Positions 28,781-41,218 of a stretch of DNA of 64,000 bases are shown here, one piece after another (within the stretch, counting starts at the first letter, position 1; each line of letters opens with the position of its first letter). The notes beneath the pieces are model-generated. The model was not told where the DNA came from, did no database searches, and saw nothing but the letters and a program-made list of their open reading frames with translations. The position numbers were made by a program, and so were the translations under genes. The stretch lies in the NCBI GenBank assembly GCA_963663225.1, contig OY760142.1:1280001-1344000 (forward strand), read 5' to 3'. This stretch comes from Nitrospirota bacterium (lineage in GTDB: Bacteria; Nitrospirota; UBA9217).

Positions 28781-30292
28781 ATGATGCAGATCAAGGCACA
28801 GGAAATCAGTGAGATCATAAAAAAGAAGATAACCGATTTCGAAAAGACCGTTGAGGTCGCCGAAATCGGCACCGTGATCACCGTCGGCGACGGTATTGCC
28901 AAGGTCTTCGGGCTCGACAATGTTATGTCGGGAGAACTTCTGGAGTTCCCGGGCGGGATCATGGGCATGGCGCTCAACCTTGAAGAAGAGAGTGTTGGCG
29001 TGGTGCTCATGGGCGACGATTCGCAGATCCGTGAAGGTGATGTCGTAAAACGCACCAAAAGAATTGCCGAGGTTCCTGTCGGCGACGCTATCGTCGGTCG
29101 CGTGGTAAACGGCATCGGGCAGCCTATTGACGGCAAGGGCCCCATTGCTTCGAAGGAATTCCGGAAAATTGAAGTTATTGCTCCGGGCATTGTTAAGCGT
29201 CAGTCGGTTCGTGAGCCGCTTCAGACCGGCCTGAAAGCTATCGATGCCATGATCCCGATCGGCCGGGGACAGCGCGAACTCATTATCGGCGACCGGCAGA
29301 CCGGAAAAACGGCTGTTGCTATTGATACCATCATCAACCAAAAAGGCCAAAACGTTATTTGCATCTACGTGGCCATCGGCCAGAAACGGTCCACCGTTGC
29401 CCAGGTGATCAAGACACTCGAAGAACATGGGGCGATGGAGTACACACTCATTGTGTCAGCGACGGCATCCGACCCGGCACCGCTTCAGTTTATTGCTCCC
29501 TATACGGGCTGCACCATCGGCGAATATTATCGCGACAGCGGCAAACACGCCCTGATTGTGTATGATGACCTTTCAAAACAAGCCACGGCCTATCGCCAGC
29601 TCTCGCTGCTGCTCCGCCGTCCTCCGGGACGCGAAGCGTACCCGGGCGATGTGTTTTATCTCCACTCCCGGCTGCTGGAGCGCGCGGCAAAACTGTCCGA
29701 CAAACTGGGAGGCGGCTCGCTGACGGCCCTTCCGATCATTGAAACGCAGGCGGGTGACGTTTCAGCATATATTCCGACAAACGTTATTTCGATCACGGAC
29801 GGCCAGATATTCCTGGAAACCGACCTTTTCTACTCAGGCGTGCGGCCTGCAATCAACGTCGGCATCTCCGTGTCCCGCGTGGGCGGCAGTGCCCAGGTCA
29901 AAGCCATGAAACAGGTGGCCGGTACGCTTCGTCTTGACCTTGCCCAGTACCGTGAGCTTGCCGCTTTTGCCCAGTTCGGCAGTGATCTGGACAAGGCAAC
30001 GCTGGCCCAGCTGAACCGCGGCCAACGCATGGTTGAGCTTCTGAAGCAGGACCAGTATTCTCCGCTGCCGGTTGAGCAGCAAATCTTTATTATTTTTGCC
30101 GGTACCAACGGCTATGTAGATGATGTCCCGGCGCATGCGGTAAAAAAATTCGAACAGGAACTGCTCCGGTTCGCGACCAGCACGCATCAGTCTTTGCTGA
30201 ATGAGATAGCAGCCAAGAAGCAAATTGATGAGGATATCAAGGCCCGTACGAAAGCGGCTATTGAAGAATTCAAAAAAACCTTTACGGCATAA
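28781..30292 (+). CDS. atpA: ATP synthase F1 alpha
   Basis: [29 protein letters not shown]. Confidence 0.98.
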   Translation: MMQIKAQEISEIIKKKITDFEKTVEVAEIGTVITVGDGIAKVFGLDNVMSGELLEFPGGIMGMALNLEEESVGVVLMGDDSQIREGDVVKRTKRIAEVPVGDAIVGRVVNGIGQPIDGKGPIASKEFRKIEVIAPGIVKRQSVREPLQTGLKAIDAMIPIGRGQRELIIGDRQTGKTAVAIDTIINQKGQNVICIYVAIGQKRSTVAQVIKTLEEHGAMEYTLIVSATASDPAPLQFIAPYTGCTIGEYYRDSGKHALIVYDDLSKQATAYRQLSLLLRRPPGREAYPGDVFYLHSRLLERAAKLSDKLGGGSLTALPIIETQAGDVSAYIPTNVISITDGQIFLETDLFYSGVRPAINVGISVSRVGGSAQVKAMKQVAGTLRLDLAQYRELAAFAQFGSDLDKATLAQLNRGQRMVELLKQDQYSPLPVEQQIFIIFAGTNGYVDDVPAHAVKKFEQELLRFATSTHQSLLNEIAAKKQIDEDIKARTKAAIEEFKKTFTA

Positions 30293-30379
30293 AACCTTGC
30301 ACCACGGAGAACGGGCAGAGACGTGTTTTTCCTGCGCGGCGCTCTCAGCGGTACTGCAGGTCTGGAAAAGGGATTTTTC

Positions 30380-31252
30380 ATGCCCAGCTTAAGAGACATT
30401 AAAAGAAAGATAACAAGCGTCAAGAAGACCCAGCAAATCACGAAAGCCATGAAAATGGTTGCTGCGGCCAAACTTCGCCGCGCTCAGGACCGCGTAATTT
30501 CTGCTCGGCCATATGCACGCAAGATGCTGCAGGTTATCGCCAATCTTGCCGCCGGGGCCCCGCGGACACAGCACCCCCTCCTGGCAAAACGGGAACCCAA
30601 GAAAGTCAAACTTATTGTGCTCACTTCAGATCGCGGACTCTGCGGGGCGTATAATACCAACATTGTGCGTAAGGCGGCGGAAGCGGTCAGACAGTTTTCA
30701 GAGGAAGGAAAGCAAGTGCTGGTTGATGTCGTGGGCAGAAAAGGACGCGATTTCTTCCGCAAACGGCCGGCATATACCGTGGGTACCGTCTGGTCCGATT
30801 TGGGCACGATTACCTACGAAAAATCCGCTGATATCGGCAAACATGTTGTCGACCGATTTACTTCCGACGAAGCTGATGAGGTATATTTGCTCTATAACGA
30901 ATTTAAAAGCGTAATGCAGCAAAAAGTGACGCTTGAAAAACTCCTGCCGATCGAGCCGCCTGCTGAAGCCGATCCCTTTATGGCCGGAGCGGCTTTTAAC
31001 TACAATTATGAACCGTCGGAAGAGGAAATGCTCAGCTCCTTTCTTCCCAAGCACGTTGAAGTTCAGGTCTTTCGAGCGCTTCTTGAGAGCCAGGCGAGTG
31101 AGATGGGCGCCCGTATGACGGCAATGGATTCGGCCACGAGAAACGCCAAAGACATGATCGATAGGCTTACCCTGAAATTTAACAAGCAGCGTCAGGCCGC
31201 CATCACAAAGGAAATTTCTGAAATCGTCGGCGGAGCAGAAGCATTAAAATAA
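30380..31252 (+). CDS. atpG: ATP synthase F1 gamma
   Basis: MPSLRDIKRKI, SDRGLCG, RQAAITKEISEIVGGA. Confidence 0.97.
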   Translation: MPSLRDIKRKITSVKKTQQITKAMKMVAAAKLRRAQDRVISARPYARKMLQVIANLAAGAPRTQHPLLAKREPKKVKLIVLTSDRGLCGAYNTNIVRKAAEAVRQFSEEGKQVLVDVVGRKGRDFFRKRPAYTVGTVWSDLGTITYEKSADIGKHVVDRFTSDEADEVYLLYNEFKSVMQQKVTLEKLLPIEPPAEADPFMAGAAFNYNYEPSEEEMLSSFLPKHVEVQVFRALLESQASEMGARMTAMDSATRNAKDMIDRLTLKFNKQRQAAITKEISEIVGGAEALK

Positions 31253-31281
31253 CAGCTAATTTCATTATACGGAAAGCATGA

Positions 31282-32769
<1,488 letters not shown>

Positions 32770-32853
32770 TGAATCAGGACGACTAGTAAAGCATCCTGCA
32801 TCATGAAAGCTATCGGCTGAATAAAATTGAGCGCAGAGGATTTAAAGAATAAC

Positions 32854-33282
32854 ATGGTCGCCGAAAAAGGAAAAATGCTTCTTGAGATTGTTGCGCCGAG
32901 CCGTCAAGTGGTGCGATCGGAGCGTGTGGATGAAGTCATCGCTCCAGGCAGCGAGGGAGAATTTGGCGTTTTGCCGGGCCACATGCTCTTTCTGACTACC
33001 CTCAAGATCGGGATGCTCTCATACCGCGAAGGAACTCAGTGGCACCATCTTGCGATTGATTGGGGTTATGCCGAGGTAGGTCCGGACCGGGTTGTTATTC
33101 TGGCTGAAGGTGCTGATCGCGCATCCGAGATTGATCTTGCGGAAGCCAAACTCATGAAAGAACGGGCTGAAAAGGCCCTTGCGGAAAAACATGACCAGCA
33201 GGATTTGGAAAAGGCACGCATCGAACTTCTTCGGGCTTTGATCAGAATACAGGTAGCGGAGAAGCATGAAGCGGTAAAATAG
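32854..33282 (+). CDS. atpC: ATP synthase F1 epsilon
   Basis: GEFGVLPGH; last gene of the operon; exact start uncertain. Confidence 0.92.
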   Translation: MVAEKGKMLLEIVAPSRQVVRSERVDEVIAPGSEGEFGVLPGHMLFLTTLKIGMLSYREGTQWHHLAIDWGYAEVGPDRVVILAEGADRASEIDLAEAKLMKERAEKALAEKHDQQDLEKARIELLRALIRIQVAEKHEAVK

Positions 33283-33321
33283 CGCAGATACAAATAAATA
33301 GATTGCACCAGATATATTGCT

Positions 33322-33363
33322 AAAGGGCTGATTTGATTTTGAATCAGCCCTTTTTATTTTTTT
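33322..33363 (+). terminator. Intrinsic terminator of the atp operon
   Basis: AAAGGGCTGATT / AATCAGCCCTTT stem followed by a T tract. Confidence 0.85.
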
Positions 33364-33718
33364 AAATAGCGAATTGCAGCAAAGTGCATCAAACTGCAAT
33401 TTTCAGAAAATCTGCATTAAACACGCTAATGCCCTTGTAATTGTCAGTCATTTATGGTATTTAAGTTACGGTTCATTTCTTATACGTATATTTACCATCG
33501 CAAATAAGTTCCCTTACTGTGAAAATACAAATAGCTGCATGGACGCAATAAACACATGCGGCCCTTCAGTCGGCTAAAATGACTGATGATGGCGCGATGC
33601 ATGCGTAGCCCTGTCCGAGGTTTGCAGTGGTTCCCGATGTTTCGTTGAGTTCCTGCGTGGTATTGCCGAAACTGCATCCTTATCACGTTGCGGAGAAAAA
33701 ATATAGGAGTGTCATCAA

Positions 33719-34264
33719 ATGATCTTCAAATGTCCATTTAGTCGGTACTCCGTATTTACAATCTCGCTAAGCGCACTGTATATTCTTGCAGCCTTCGTTC
33801 TCGGTTGCAGATCCTCCTCCCCCGGAATTGATACAGCAGATAATCCTTCGCAGTCAAAAAATGGAAAAATATATTCATCACCAGCAGTGAATGAAGGCGT
33901 TTCTCTACGGGTTTTGTGGACAGTCAGCGAATATAAGCTGGGAGCGGCGGCTGTTTTGACTAAAAAAGAAGCGGATGCACTGCTTTTTAAACCCTTAAAC
34001 ATGGATGCAAACTCAATTATTTTTGCAGGGAAAAACTGTAGTAAAGTAACTTTTAAAAAAGAAACAGTAGCTGCGAGAGAATATTTCGAAACTACATTTC
34101 ATATCACACCGGAAGCGCTGGGCATTACGCATAAAACAGTAGAGCTGATTAAAACCGACTGTGATCTCCCTGGTTTCGCCGAATTCGTTCGCTTAAGTGA
34201 TAGACAATTGGTGTTGTATATAAAAGGCGTTTTTTTCTTCCTTAAGCCTGCCGTCGCTTACTAA
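33719..34264 (+). CDS. Hypothetical lipoprotein
   Basis: Lipobox VLGC; AGGAG RBS; no recognised family. Confidence 0.6.
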   Translation: MIFKCPFSRYSVFTISLSALYILAAFVLGCRSSSPGIDTADNPSQSKNGKIYSSPAVNEGVSLRVLWTVSEYKLGAAAVLTKKEADALLFKPLNMDANSIIFAGKNCSKVTFKKETVAAREYFETTFHITPEALGITHKTVELIKTDCDLPGFAEFVRLSDRQLVLYIKGVFFFLKPAVAY

Positions 34265-34457
34265 TGGCAGGTTGAAGTTGCATGTTTCGGCTTTTTCTTA
34301 TGCCAAATCTTTATAGACTATGAAATAAATTATCGTAACCTGTTGAACCGTATTCAAGTCCGGATTTTCTCAGCTGTCGGTGCGAGGTAACCATCCTATC
34401 GACAATATAAACACATACAGCATGTAGTGAAAAGCTGCTTAAAACTAGGGGGGGAGT

Positions 34458-36515
34458 ATGGTTAAAAAAAGTTTTAAGGCGTTTTACATCGTCGCGGTTT
34501 TTGGCATATTATTCACACTTACTATTTGGATAGCCTCTGCCAATGAATATTCCGGGCCGAGAAAACTGGTACCGCAACTTTCCAGTGACGGCAATACGCT
34601 ATTCAACGGTCTCCCCCCCGTAGTTTACCACACAGACCCTAATCCATCGGCAGCCAAAATGCGCATTCCTTCACCCTCAAGCCTGACCACGCTGCCAGAA
34701 AAGGCCACAGCAACTTTTTCCATCACGTATGTTGCTAATGGTGGGACAGATCCTTGGAGCGCAAGTTGCACAACATTTCCTGAAGAAGCGAAAGCGGCTT
34801 TTAACGCAGCAGCAGCCATTTGGGGAGGGCTTTTGAATTCCTCTGTACCGATAACGATAAGCGCATGCTGGTCGAACTTGGGTTCCAGCAGCATATTAGG
34901 TTATTCTGGCGGCGCCCCTCTTCGTCGGGATTTCAGCGGTGCTCCTCTTGCAAATACCTGGTACGCAGGGTCACTGGCTAATGCGCTTGCTGGCACCGAT
35001 CTCGACCCGACTGAGTACGATATGCACATTACGTATAATAGCAATTTTACCTGGTATTACGGAACAGACGGTCTGACACCTACAGGTCAATATGACTTAA
35101 TGTCAGTGGTTCTGCATGAAATAGCACACGGTCTTAACTTTAGTGGTTCAATGGACTACAGCGGAGGAAGTGGTTCCTGGGGTTTATTAGGATCTCCTAG
35201 TATATATGATACGTTTGCGAGAGATGGAACCGCTAATCCAGGCAGCCTACTGATCGACACAACTGTCTATAGCAATCCATCTACTGCATTAGGAAACGCT
35301 TTGACCTCTGATAACATCTGGTTTCACGGTACGAACGCCATGGCTGCTAATAGTGGCCAGCGCATCAAATTATATGCTCCTTCCACATGGTCGTCCGGCT
35401 CCAGCTACTCTCACTTGGATTATGCAACCTTCAGCGGTACAGTGAACAGATTAATGGTGTATGCCATTTCAGATGGCGTATCAATACACAACCCCGGCCC
35501 GATTGTGCTGGCCATGCTGCAGGACTTGGGCTGGCCTACAAGTGCCGATGTTAGTCTTACCATGACGGGTACACCTTCCACCCTGAATGTTGGAAATATC
35601 ATCTTATACAGAATCACTATTTTGAATAATGGACCTCAGAGTGCAGCAAATGTTACAGTAACAGATATCCTACCAGCCGGCGTAACTTATGTAGGTGCGG
35701 TAACCGCCAGGGGATCCTGCAGCGAAGCCGGGGGTACAGTCTCGTGCAATATTGGAGCAATAAGCAATGGTTCGACTGCAACAATAACCGTAACAGTGAG
35801 AACAACCGCAGCAAATGCAACCCTTTCCAATACAGCCACGGTTACAACTTCCGTGACGGATTCGAATTCTGCAAATAACACCGCAACAGTCAATACAGTA
35901 GTAAATAATCCAACACCGATCATCAGCAGGCTGAGCCCAATCTGGTCAGCTCCTACCTACTCGGGAGGAACGGCATTTACTTTAACGGTTACCGGGAGCG
36001 GTTTTGTGAATGGGTCACAGGTACAGTGGGGCAGAGGAACCCCCGGCTATCGCACGACGCATTTTATTTCCCAAAATCAGGTCACCGCTGATATCTTGGC
36101 TTCGGATATTACAACGACTGGTACCGCCATCGTCAACGTTGTAAATCCGACCCCCGGCGGAGGGAGCTCAAATAATGCAACTTTTACAATCAGCACAACT
36201 GCACCATCTTCCGGTGGTGGCAGCTCAGGGAGTGGAAGCGGAGGCTGTTTCATTGCCACGGCGGCCTATGGTTCTTCAATGGCTGAAGATGTGCAATATT
36301 TACGGGGATTTCGAAATGAATATCTCCTTACCAATTCAGTAGGTCGTAAATTTGTAGAGCTGTACTATCGATATAGTCCTCCCATAGCAGAATACATTCG
36401 CCAACATGATAATCTTCGTACGGCAGTGCGGTGGATGCTATCACCCTTGGTTAAGCTCAGCAAGCTTTTGGTGAGTGACGAGGCTGCAAAAAAACAGACA
36501 GAAGACAACCCGTAA
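34458..36515 (+). CDS. Exported zinc metalloprotease-like protein with DUF11 and IPT/TIG domains and a CFI-box-CTERM tail
   Basis: Signal peptide; HEIAHG at 35115; [14 protein letters not shown]...DSNSANN (DUF11); Gly/Ser linker then [11 protein letters not shown]. Confidence 0.8.
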   Translation: MVKKSFKAFYIVAVFGILFTLTIWIASANEYSGPRKLVPQLSSDGNTLFNGLPPVVYHTDPNPSAAKMRIPSPSSLTTLPEKATATFSITYVANGGTDPWSASCTTFPEEAKAAFNAAAAIWGGLLNSSVPITISACWSNLGSSSILGYSGGAPLRRDFSGAPLANTWYAGSLANALAGTDLDPTEYDMHITYNSNFTWYYGTDGLTPTGQYDLMSVVLHEIAHGLNFSGSMDYSGGSGSWGLLGSPSIYDTFARDGTANPGSLLIDTTVYSNPSTALGNALTSDNIWFHGTNAMAANSGQRIKLYAPSTWSSGSSYSHLDYATFSGTVNRLMVYAISDGVSIHNPGPIVLAMLQDLGWPTSADVSLTMTGTPSTLNVGNIILYRITILNNGPQSAANVTVTDILPAGVTYVGAVTARGSCSEAGGTVSCNIGAISNGSTATITVTVRTTAANATLSNTATVTTSVTDSNSANNTATVNTVVNNPTPIISRLSPIWSAPTYSGGTAFTLTVTGSGFVNGSQVQWGRGTPGYRTTHFISQNQVTADILASDITTTGTAIVNVVNPTPGGGSSNNATFTISTTAPSSGGGSSGSGSGGCFIATAAYGSSMAEDVQYLRGFRNEYLLTNSVGRKFVELYYRYSPPIAEYIRQHDNLRTAVRWMLSPLVKLSKLLVSDEAAKKQTEDNP

Positions 36516-36634
36516 TTGTTTTCGCAAGTTGTGTTTTTTTAATCTATTTAAATGACTACGGTTTAACCGAAAATTTTGTCCGGATTTAACCAGCTGCATT
36601 TGTTCACAACCATTTTACGAATACGGGGGGTAGC

Positions 36635-37534
36635 ATGAAACGCATTATGCTTGCGGGTACGTTGGTTTTTGCGGCAGTGGTTTTACTCACCGGGTGCGGT
36701 GGCAGCGGTAGCGGGAACAATGTGACAGGAGAGTCATGGAGCGGCACCGACAGCTATGGAGTGATAGCGTTTACGGTGTATACAGATGGTACTATGTCGG
36801 CAAATGGTACGATAACAGGAGGAAGCAGCCGCTCGGGATATGGCACCTATACGAAAAACAACGGAACAATAACAGGTACTTTCAGTACCAGCGGAAGCTG
36901 CACTGGCCCGTTTTCAGCCACGGTTTCTGGAAATACAATGTCCGGAAGTTATAGTGATAATTGCGGGCACACAAGTAGCTTTTCGACAACCTTGGCGACT
37001 GTCCGTGACCGTTCCTGGCAGTCTGATGGAAATGGGTTTCTGCAGTTTATCACAAGCAATCCAGATTATTACAACTACGGGCTATGGTATCCTTTGAATG
37101 CAACATACCAAGCTCAAATGTCAACTGTGACAGCGACAATAAAAAAGCGGTCAGGTTCTCAAACAAGCGGATACGGGATAGTCTTTTGCTACCAAGACAC
37201 CAATAACTTTTACAATCTTCTCCTTGATACGCGGGGACATTTCCTAGTCAGGGAAAAAGTTGCAGGAAATTATAGTACGATTATTCCCTGGACAACATCC
37301 GGGTCTTTGAATACTGGCTATGATATTACAAACGAAATAAGTGTTGTTCAGCAAAGCCTGCATACTTTTACGATATATTTCAACGGGATACAGGGCGTAT
37401 CATTCAGTGATAGTCACTTCACAGGAGGAAGTGGAGGTTTTTATGCGACTGTCCACGACCAAACTGATGAATATTTCCCAGGGTTGCCGGTGGATATTCG
37501 ATTTAAAATGAACGCACCCATAATATATCCTTGA
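36635..37534 (+). CDS. Hypothetical lipoprotein (beta-rich, two domains)
   Basis: Lipobox LTGC followed by GGSGSG; Thr/Ser/Gly-rich; C-terminal YGIVF...YNLLLD..G.F beta-sandwich-like segment. Confidence 0.7.
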   Translation: MKRIMLAGTLVFAAVVLLTGCGGSGSGNNVTGESWSGTDSYGVIAFTVYTDGTMSANGTITGGSSRSGYGTYTKNNGTITGTFSTSGSCTGPFSATVSGNTMSGSYSDNCGHTSSFSTTLATVRDRSWQSDGNGFLQFITSNPDYYNYGLWYPLNATYQAQMSTVTATIKKRSGSQTSGYGIVFCYQDTNNFYNLLLDTRGHFLVREKVAGNYSTIIPWTTSGSLNTGYDITNEISVVQQSLHTFTIYFNGIQGVSFSDSHFTGGSGGFYATVHDQTDEYFPGLPVDIRFKMNAPIIYP

Positions 37535-37616
37535 CTGCGGCAGTCAGGACAAGAGCGTAGTTGGAAACTCATCGCGGTACTGATTCCCCCTGCCCATAAT
37601 CAAGGGCATAATGCTC

Positions 37617-37648
37617 ATGGCGGCCACAAACGGCTGCCATTTTTGTTT
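37617..37648 (+). terminator. Intrinsic terminator closing the exported-protein island
   Basis: ATGGCGGCC-acaaac-GGCTGCCAT followed by TTTTGTTT. Confidence 0.7.
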
Positions 37649-37671
37649 GAACGAGCAATGTGCTAAAATTC

Positions 37672-37700
37672 TTGCTAAATTCGTGAAATTAGAGTACATT
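37672..37700 (+). promoter_or_regulatory. sigma70-type promoter for skp-rdgB
   Basis: TTGCTA-N17-TACATT. Confidence 0.45.
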
Positions 37701-37789
37701 AGACGTTCTTACGCGCTTGAAGTTCGATTGAAAAACGTCCTAAATTCGGAAATAACGATCAAACCATGATCTGACAAACGGAGGAAAAA

Positions 37790-38302
37790 ATGAGGAAGGT
37801 TCTGGTATCAATAATTGTTTTTATGTTCATGACAGCCGGTCTTGCCTTTGCGCAAGAAAGCGTTAAGATCGGATATGTTGATATGAAAAAAGTGATGAAC
37901 GACTGCAAGGCTGGAAAGGCAGCGTTAGACAAACTGGAGAAGAACGCTAAGGAAAAGCAGACAAAGATCGACAAGGAAAAAAAGAAGCTTGAAACAATGC
38001 AGGCAGATTTTGAGAAGAAGGCGGCAGGACTTACGGACAAGGAACGCCAAAGCAAGCAGAAGGATTTCCAAGACAAAGTCCAGGCGTTTCAGAAGATGGT
38101 CAGCCAGTCCCAGCAGGAGTTCAATGAAATGCAGGCTGAATACACAAAAAAAGTTTTTAACGATATGAAAGCAGCAATCGCGGGCATAGCTAAGGCAGAC
38201 AATTACACCATTATTATGGAAAAAACCGACACGTCAGTTTTGTATGCAAAAGACGGCATTGATTTGACTGAAAAAGTAATGGAAAAAATGAACGCAGAGT
38301 AG
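37790..38302 (+). CDS. skp: Skp/OmpH periplasmic chaperone
   Basis: Signal peptide, KIGYVDMKKV, coiled coil, VLYA...IDLTEKV. Confidence 0.9.
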   Translation: MRKVLVSIIVFMFMTAGLAFAQESVKIGYVDMKKVMNDCKAGKAALDKLEKNAKEKQTKIDKEKKKLETMQADFEKKAAGLTDKERQSKQKDFQDKVQAFQKMVSQSQQEFNEMQAEYTKKVFNDMKAAIAGIAKADNYTIIMEKTDTSVLYAKDGIDLTEKVMEKMNAE

Positions 38303-38315
38303 TTTTGTTTCTGCA

Positions 38316-38951
38316 ATGAATATTGAAATAGTTCTCGCAACCCGAAATAAAAACAAAGTAGCTGAAATCAAACAGATAACAAGCGGTCTGCCGATTATTC
38401 TGCAGTCTCTCGATGACTTCCCCCGATGTCCGGAGGTGGTAGAAGACAAAGACACCTTTGAGGGAAACGCCTTGAAAAAAGCTATCGAGGTTTGCCAATA
38501 CACCGGCAGACCAGCACTGGCAGACGATTCGGGGCTTGAAGTAGATTGTCTGAACGGCAGCCCTGGAGTCTATTCATCGCGATATGCCGGTGGTCCAGGC
38601 CCAGGCAGTGATGCAAAAAACAACGAAAAGCTTCTTGCAGAATTGAAAGAAGTTCCTGATGCCCGGCGAGGAGCACGGTTTATATGCTGCCTTGCTTTGG
38701 CGGTTCCCGGTGGCCCCGTCAAAACGTTTTCTGGGTATGCTCCGGGAAGTATAAGCCGTGAACCAAGAGGGACGAACGGTTTTGGCTATGATCCGGTGTT
38801 TATCCCGGAAGGTCATTCCAGGACTTTTGCTGAAATGTCCAGGGAGGAAAAAGACACCCTCAGCCACCGGGGGCAGGCACTAAAAAAGATGAGAGATTTT
38901 CTTGCTGCAAAGGTTTTGGAGCAGGGGAAAAAGCAGGCAGATTTGTCATAA
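38316..38951 (+). CDS. rdgB: XTP/dITP diphosphatase (Ham1 family)
   Basis: LATRNKNKV, ADDSGL, GFGYDPVF, SHRGQA. Confidence 0.95.
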   Translation: MNIEIVLATRNKNKVAEIKQITSGLPIILQSLDDFPRCPEVVEDKDTFEGNALKKAIEVCQYTGRPALADDSGLEVDCLNGSPGVYSSRYAGGPGPGSDAKNNEKLLAELKEVPDARRGARFICCLALAVPGGPVKTFSGYAPGSISREPRGTNGFGYDPVFIPEGHSRTFAEMSREEKDTLSHRGQALKKMRDFLAAKVLEQGKKQADLS

Positions 38952-38969
38952 AAAATTTAAAATTCACGG

Positions 38970-38998
38970 TTGTCATCTTCAAGAAAATAGTGTATGAT
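38970..38998 (+). promoter_or_regulatory. sigma70-type promoter for hppA
   Basis: TTGTCA-N17-TATGAT. Confidence 0.55.
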
Positions 38999-39057
38999 GC
39001 GCCGTTTTCGAGCACTAGTTTTACACATCACTACTATAAACGATCAGGAGGAAATCA

Positions 39058-41127
39058 ATGAGCAGTATACTTCTTTTTGCTTTGCTTTGCGGACTGGCCG
39101 GCGTCGCGTACGCCATAGGGACCGCGAGCTGGGTAAACAAGCAGGATGCGGGAAACGCCCGTATGAAGGAAATTTCGGACGCTGTAAAGGAAGGTGCGTA
39201 TGCGTTCCTTTCACGTGAATACAAAACCGTTGCCATTGTTGCCATTATACTGGTGATTCTTTTGGCCGTTGTCCCGGGTCTCGGCATATGGGCGGCGATC
39301 GGTTTTATCATCGGTACCGTGGGATCGGCTCTTGCCGGTTTTATCGGTATGTGGGTGACGGTGCGTGCCAATGTACGCACGGCCCAGGCTGCAAATAAAG
39401 GTTTGCAGGCAGCCCTCACTCTCGCATTTAAGGGCGGTTCCGTCACGGGTATCATGGTCGTGGGACTCGGCATCATCGGTCTCGCTGGTTTCTATTTTAT
39501 AGCCAAAACAGCAGCGCCGGCGGAAGCATTTCACGCGCTTGTTGGACTCGGCTTTGGGTGCTCGCTGATGAGCGTGTTCGCCCGTATCGCCGGCGGCATT
39601 TATACAAAAGCCGCTGACGTCGGAGCAGATCTTGTGGGAAAAGTCGAGGCCGGCATTCCGGAGGATGATCCCCGGAATCCTGCCGTGATCGCGGACAACG
39701 TAGGAGACAATGTGGGCGACTGTGCGGGCATGGCAGCCGATCTTTATGAAACCTATACCGTGACGCTTGTGGCAGCAATGCTGCTTGCAAAAACGATCTT
39801 TGGCGAGTCGAGCAGGTGGATTGAATTTCCGTTGCTGCTGGGTGGAATTTCAATACTGGCTTCCATCATCGGGACCTATGCGGTGAAGCTGGGCAAAAAC
39901 AACTATATTATGGGTGCCTTGTATAAAGGACTTGCCGTTGCCGGCGTGCTGGCGGCGGGCGCATTTTTATATGCATCCGGGGTATTTATTGAGAGCCTGA
40001 CAGGAGCGGATGCCGGAGTATTTACCAAATGGACAGTATTTTTCACGGCAGTGATCGGACTTGCTTTGACTGGTTTAATCGTCTGGATAACCGAATACTT
40101 TACTTCACAGACCTTCGGACCGGTTAAACACATTGCCGAAGCAAGCCAGACAGGACATGCAACGAACATTATAGCCGGGCTCGCTGTCAGCATGAAGTCC
40201 ACCGGCATGCCGGTGATTGTCATTGTTGCCTCCATCCTTGGCGCGTTTGCCCTGGGCGGCGGTTTTTGCGGAAATCCCGGCGGTGGATTGTTCGCTATTG
40301 CACTTGCCGCTGTTTCGATGCTTTCCATGACCGGCATCGTAGTTGCCATTGATTCCTATGGACCGATTACGGACAATGCCGGCGGAATTGCAGAAATGTC
40401 AGAGCTTCCGAAAAACGTGCGTGAAATTACCGACCCTCTCGACGCAGTGGGGAATACGACCAAGGCCGTGACGAAAGGGTATGCGATCGGTTCAGCCGCG
40501 CTCGCCGCGCTCGTGCTTTTTGCCGAATATTCCCGCTCATTTGGCACGGATGTGAAGGTTCTTTTTGATCTGTCGAACCCCATGGTTCTTGCCGGATTGT
40601 TCATCGGCGGTTTGCTGCCATACTATTTCGGATCGCTGCTTATGGAGGCTGTCGGAAAGGCGGCGGGTGGCGTTGTTGAGGAAGTGCGCAGACAGTTCCG
40701 CGAAATTAAGGGCATTATGGAAGGCAAGGCCAAGCCTGAATACGGAAAATGTGTTGATATTGTGACGAAAGGCGCCATCAAACAAATGATGGTTCCCGCC
40801 CTCATTCCCGTAGTCATTCCGGTGGTGGTCGGGCTGACTCTGGGCCGCGAAGCGCTCGGCGGCGTCCTTATTGGAAGCATTATTACCGGTTTGTTCCAGG
40901 CCATAGCCATGACGAGCGGCGGCGGAGCATGGGACAATGCAAAGAAGTATATTGAAGACGGCATGTACGGAGGAAAGAAAAGTCCAGCGCACCAAGCGGC
41001 AGTGACCGGGGACACGGTTGGCGATCCCTACAAGGATACTGCCGGTCCTGCCATCAATCCGATGATCAAGGTCATCAATATTGTTGCTCTGTTGATCGTT
41101 CCGATTATGATCAGTTTAATGAAATAA
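39058..41127 (+). CDS. hppA: Membrane-bound H+-translocating pyrophosphatase (K+-independent signature)
   Basis: [36 protein letters not shown]. Confidence 0.96.
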   Translation: MSSILLFALLCGLAGVAYAIGTASWVNKQDAGNARMKEISDAVKEGAYAFLSREYKTVAIVAIILVILLAVVPGLGIWAAIGFIIGTVGSALAGFIGMWVTVRANVRTAQAANKGLQAALTLAFKGGSVTGIMVVGLGIIGLAGFYFIAKTAAPAEAFHALVGLGFGCSLMSVFARIAGGIYTKAADVGADLVGKVEAGIPEDDPRNPAVIADNVGDNVGDCAGMAADLYETYTVTLVAAMLLAKTIFGESSRWIEFPLLLGGISILASIIGTYAVKLGKNNYIMGALYKGLAVAGVLAAGAFLYASGVFIESLTGADAGVFTKWTVFFTAVIGLALTGLIVWITEYFTSQTFGPVKHIAEASQTGHATNIIAGLAVSMKSTGMPVIVIVASILGAFALGGGFCGNPGGGLFAIALAAVSMLSMTGIVVAIDSYGPITDNAGGIAEMSELPKNVREITDPLDAVGNTTKAVTKGYAIGSAALAALVLFAEYSRSFGTDVKVLFDLSNPMVLAGLFIGGLLPYYFGSLLMEAVGKAAGGVVEEVRRQFREIKGIMEGKAKPEYGKCVDIVTKGAIKQMMVPALIPVVIPVVVGLTLGREALGGVLIGSIITGLFQAIAMTSGGGAWDNAKKYIEDGMYGGKKSPAHQAAVTGDTVGDPYKDTAGPAINPMIKVINIVALLIVPIMISLMK

Positions 41128-41154
41128 CAAACCACTAAAACCACACATCTCACA

Positions 41155-41190
41155 AAGGGCCGTCCGGGGCATGGACGGCTCTTCTTATTT
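41155..41190 (+). terminator. Intrinsic terminator after hppA
   Basis: AAGGGCCGTCC-N7-GGACGGCTCTT followed by CTTATTT. Confidence 0.65.
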
Positions 41191-41218
41191 CCAGGGGTTG
41201 TTAAAAACTCATTACAAT

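Noticed and set aside
34397-34440. GEMM-I riboswitch-like start (TATCGACAATA..AAAC...GAAAAGC)
   Set aside because: No second stem or closing strand before the start codon
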